Shown piece by piece: positions 39,057 through 39,921 of a DNA stretch of 39,921 bases (position 1 is the first letter of the stretch; every line of letters begins with the position of its first letter). The DNA lies in NCBI GenBank assembly GCA_946539555.1, contig CAMNHN010000003.1, positions 1 to 39,921 on the forward strand. Reading direction: 5' to 3'. The notes under the pieces are model-generated. The model had not been told where the DNA came from and did no database searches. It worked only from the letters and a program-made list of their open reading frames with translations. The DNA comes from an uncultured Mollicutes bacterium (GTDB lineage: Bacteria; Bacillota_I; Bacilli_A; RFN20; CAG-826). Both the position numbers and the translations under genes were made by a program.

Positions 39057-39921
39057 ATGGTTAAAGAAACAAATATTAAAAAAGATAATTTTGAAATTGA
39101 AGAATTAACTTTTGGAAGAAAGAAAATATCTTTAAGTACATTTAAAAACAAACATAAAAATTTAATAACAAAAAATAATTCAAATACTAGCGGTTTTGAT
39201 AGTTTAAATCTTACTACTTTTATCGATGAAAAGAACCCAAATACAATTGAATATAGTTTTGGAAATTGCAAAGCTAGAATTAGTTACATAATGGATTCAA
39301 ATAAGAAACTCAATAATATTGAGATTAAAAATGAAGAAATTAAATTTTCTGATGGATTTTATAATTTTGAGTATAAGAAGACAAAAAACGGAATTAAAGA
39401 GCTTATTTATATTAATAACAGGTGTGAAGAATATGTCTTTAAATACAATGTCAAACTTGATAATTTAAAAATTGAAAAAAAGAATAACCATATTATTTTT
39501 AAAAGTGTAGATTTAAATAAAACGATTTTTACTTTAATTGCACCTTTTTTATACGATTCTTCTCATAATTTTTCACATAAAGTCAATATTGATATTTGTA
39601 ATATTGGCAATGAAGAATATGAATTAGTTTATACTTATGATAAAAAGCGGATAAATAGTGATGAAAGGAATTTCCCAATTATTATTGATCCGACAATTAG
39701 TGTTAACGAGGAGAGTTCAGAGATTTATCAACTAATTTATAACGAATCAACTGGTAATTGGGAAGAAGATTTAAATCAAAGCTCATATTTCTATATTGAT
39801 GCTACTTATAGGGTCGGAATTTATATTGATATTTCGCAATTAAATCTGAGTGGACGTAAAATTACATCAGCATATTTAAATTTGGATTTCTCCGATGCTG
39901 GCAATTTCCTAGTGAATAATA
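39057..39921 (+). CDS. WapA/Rhs-like large protein, N-terminal region (3'-truncated; absent from the ORF track)
   Basis: 288 open codons to the window end; NGIKELIYI..EYVF, IFTLIAPFLYDS, D...INSDERNFPIIIDPTI and KITSAYLNL are typical of Firmicute WapA/Rhs N-terminal regions. YD repeats are not within the window. Confidence 0.75.
   Translation, partial: MVKETNIKKDNFEIEELTFGRKKISLSTFKNKHKNLITKNNSNTSGFDSLNLTTFIDEKNPNTIEYSFGNCKARISYIMDSNKKLNNIEIKNEEIKFSDGFYNFEYKKTKNGIKELIYINNRCEEYVFKYNVKLDNLKIEKKNNHIIFKSVDLNKTIFTLIAPFLYDSSHNFSHKVNIDICNIGNEEYELVYTYDKKRINSDERNFPIIIDPTISVNEESSEIYQLIYNESTGNWEEDLNQSSYFYIDATYRVGIYIDISQLNLSGRKITSAYLNLDFSDAGNFLVNN

Noticed and set aside
527-39271. Short alternative-frame and antisense ORFs in the track (e.g. 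527-742, 1641-1958, 5976-6425, 25327-25716, 36991-37224, 39029-39271)
   Set aside because: They overlap well-supported genes, show no motifs and are expected shadows of biased codon usage.
32283-39668. AGG-to-Met reassignment, reported for some uncultured Bacilli
   Set aside because: AGG falls at basic positions (Tex CLRV at 32283; the conserved R of ER.FP in ORF 39057), consistent with Arg.
1-39921. Whole-genome translation table 4 (TGA=Trp)
   Set aside because: Long conserved genes contain no in-frame TGA and use TGG for Trp.

Overview
Low-GC chromosomal window, most consistent with an uncultured Bacilli (Erysipelotrichales/Mollicutes-related) lineage; taxonomy is inferred. Housekeeping blocks are rpoB (5'-truncated)-rpoC, rpsL-rpsG-fusA-tuf and rplM-rpsI. 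Metabolic genes include L-serine dehydratase, MgtC/SapB, MTA/SAH nucleosidase, an HI0933 flavoprotein, a phosphoesterase, a basic amino acid decarboxylase, a P-type ATPase, an orphan CpsC/CpsD pair, thioesterase-psuG-psuK-galM-galK, hpt, tex, a GNAT/DUF1778 toxin-antitoxin pair, rubrerythrin and galU. Three accessory patches stand out. (1) Between rpoC and rpsL, two small genes are each closed by the same 23-bp dyad repeat, followed by an IS21-like end. (2) At 17.1-18.9 kb lies a decayed island with a queH pseudogene. (3) Downstream of rpsI, a WapA/Rhs-like locus has a 318-bp exact duplication of the rpsI 3' end, two stub copies of the Rhs-like N-terminus coupled to small genes (one resembling EF-Tu domain III), and a long Rhs/WapA-like ORF running off the window end. 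In that ORF, one of only three in-frame CGG codons found sits where the family has a conserved Trp, hinting at CGG-to-Trp recoding. None of 36 called genes ends in TGA. All family calls come from motif recognition by eye, not from searches.
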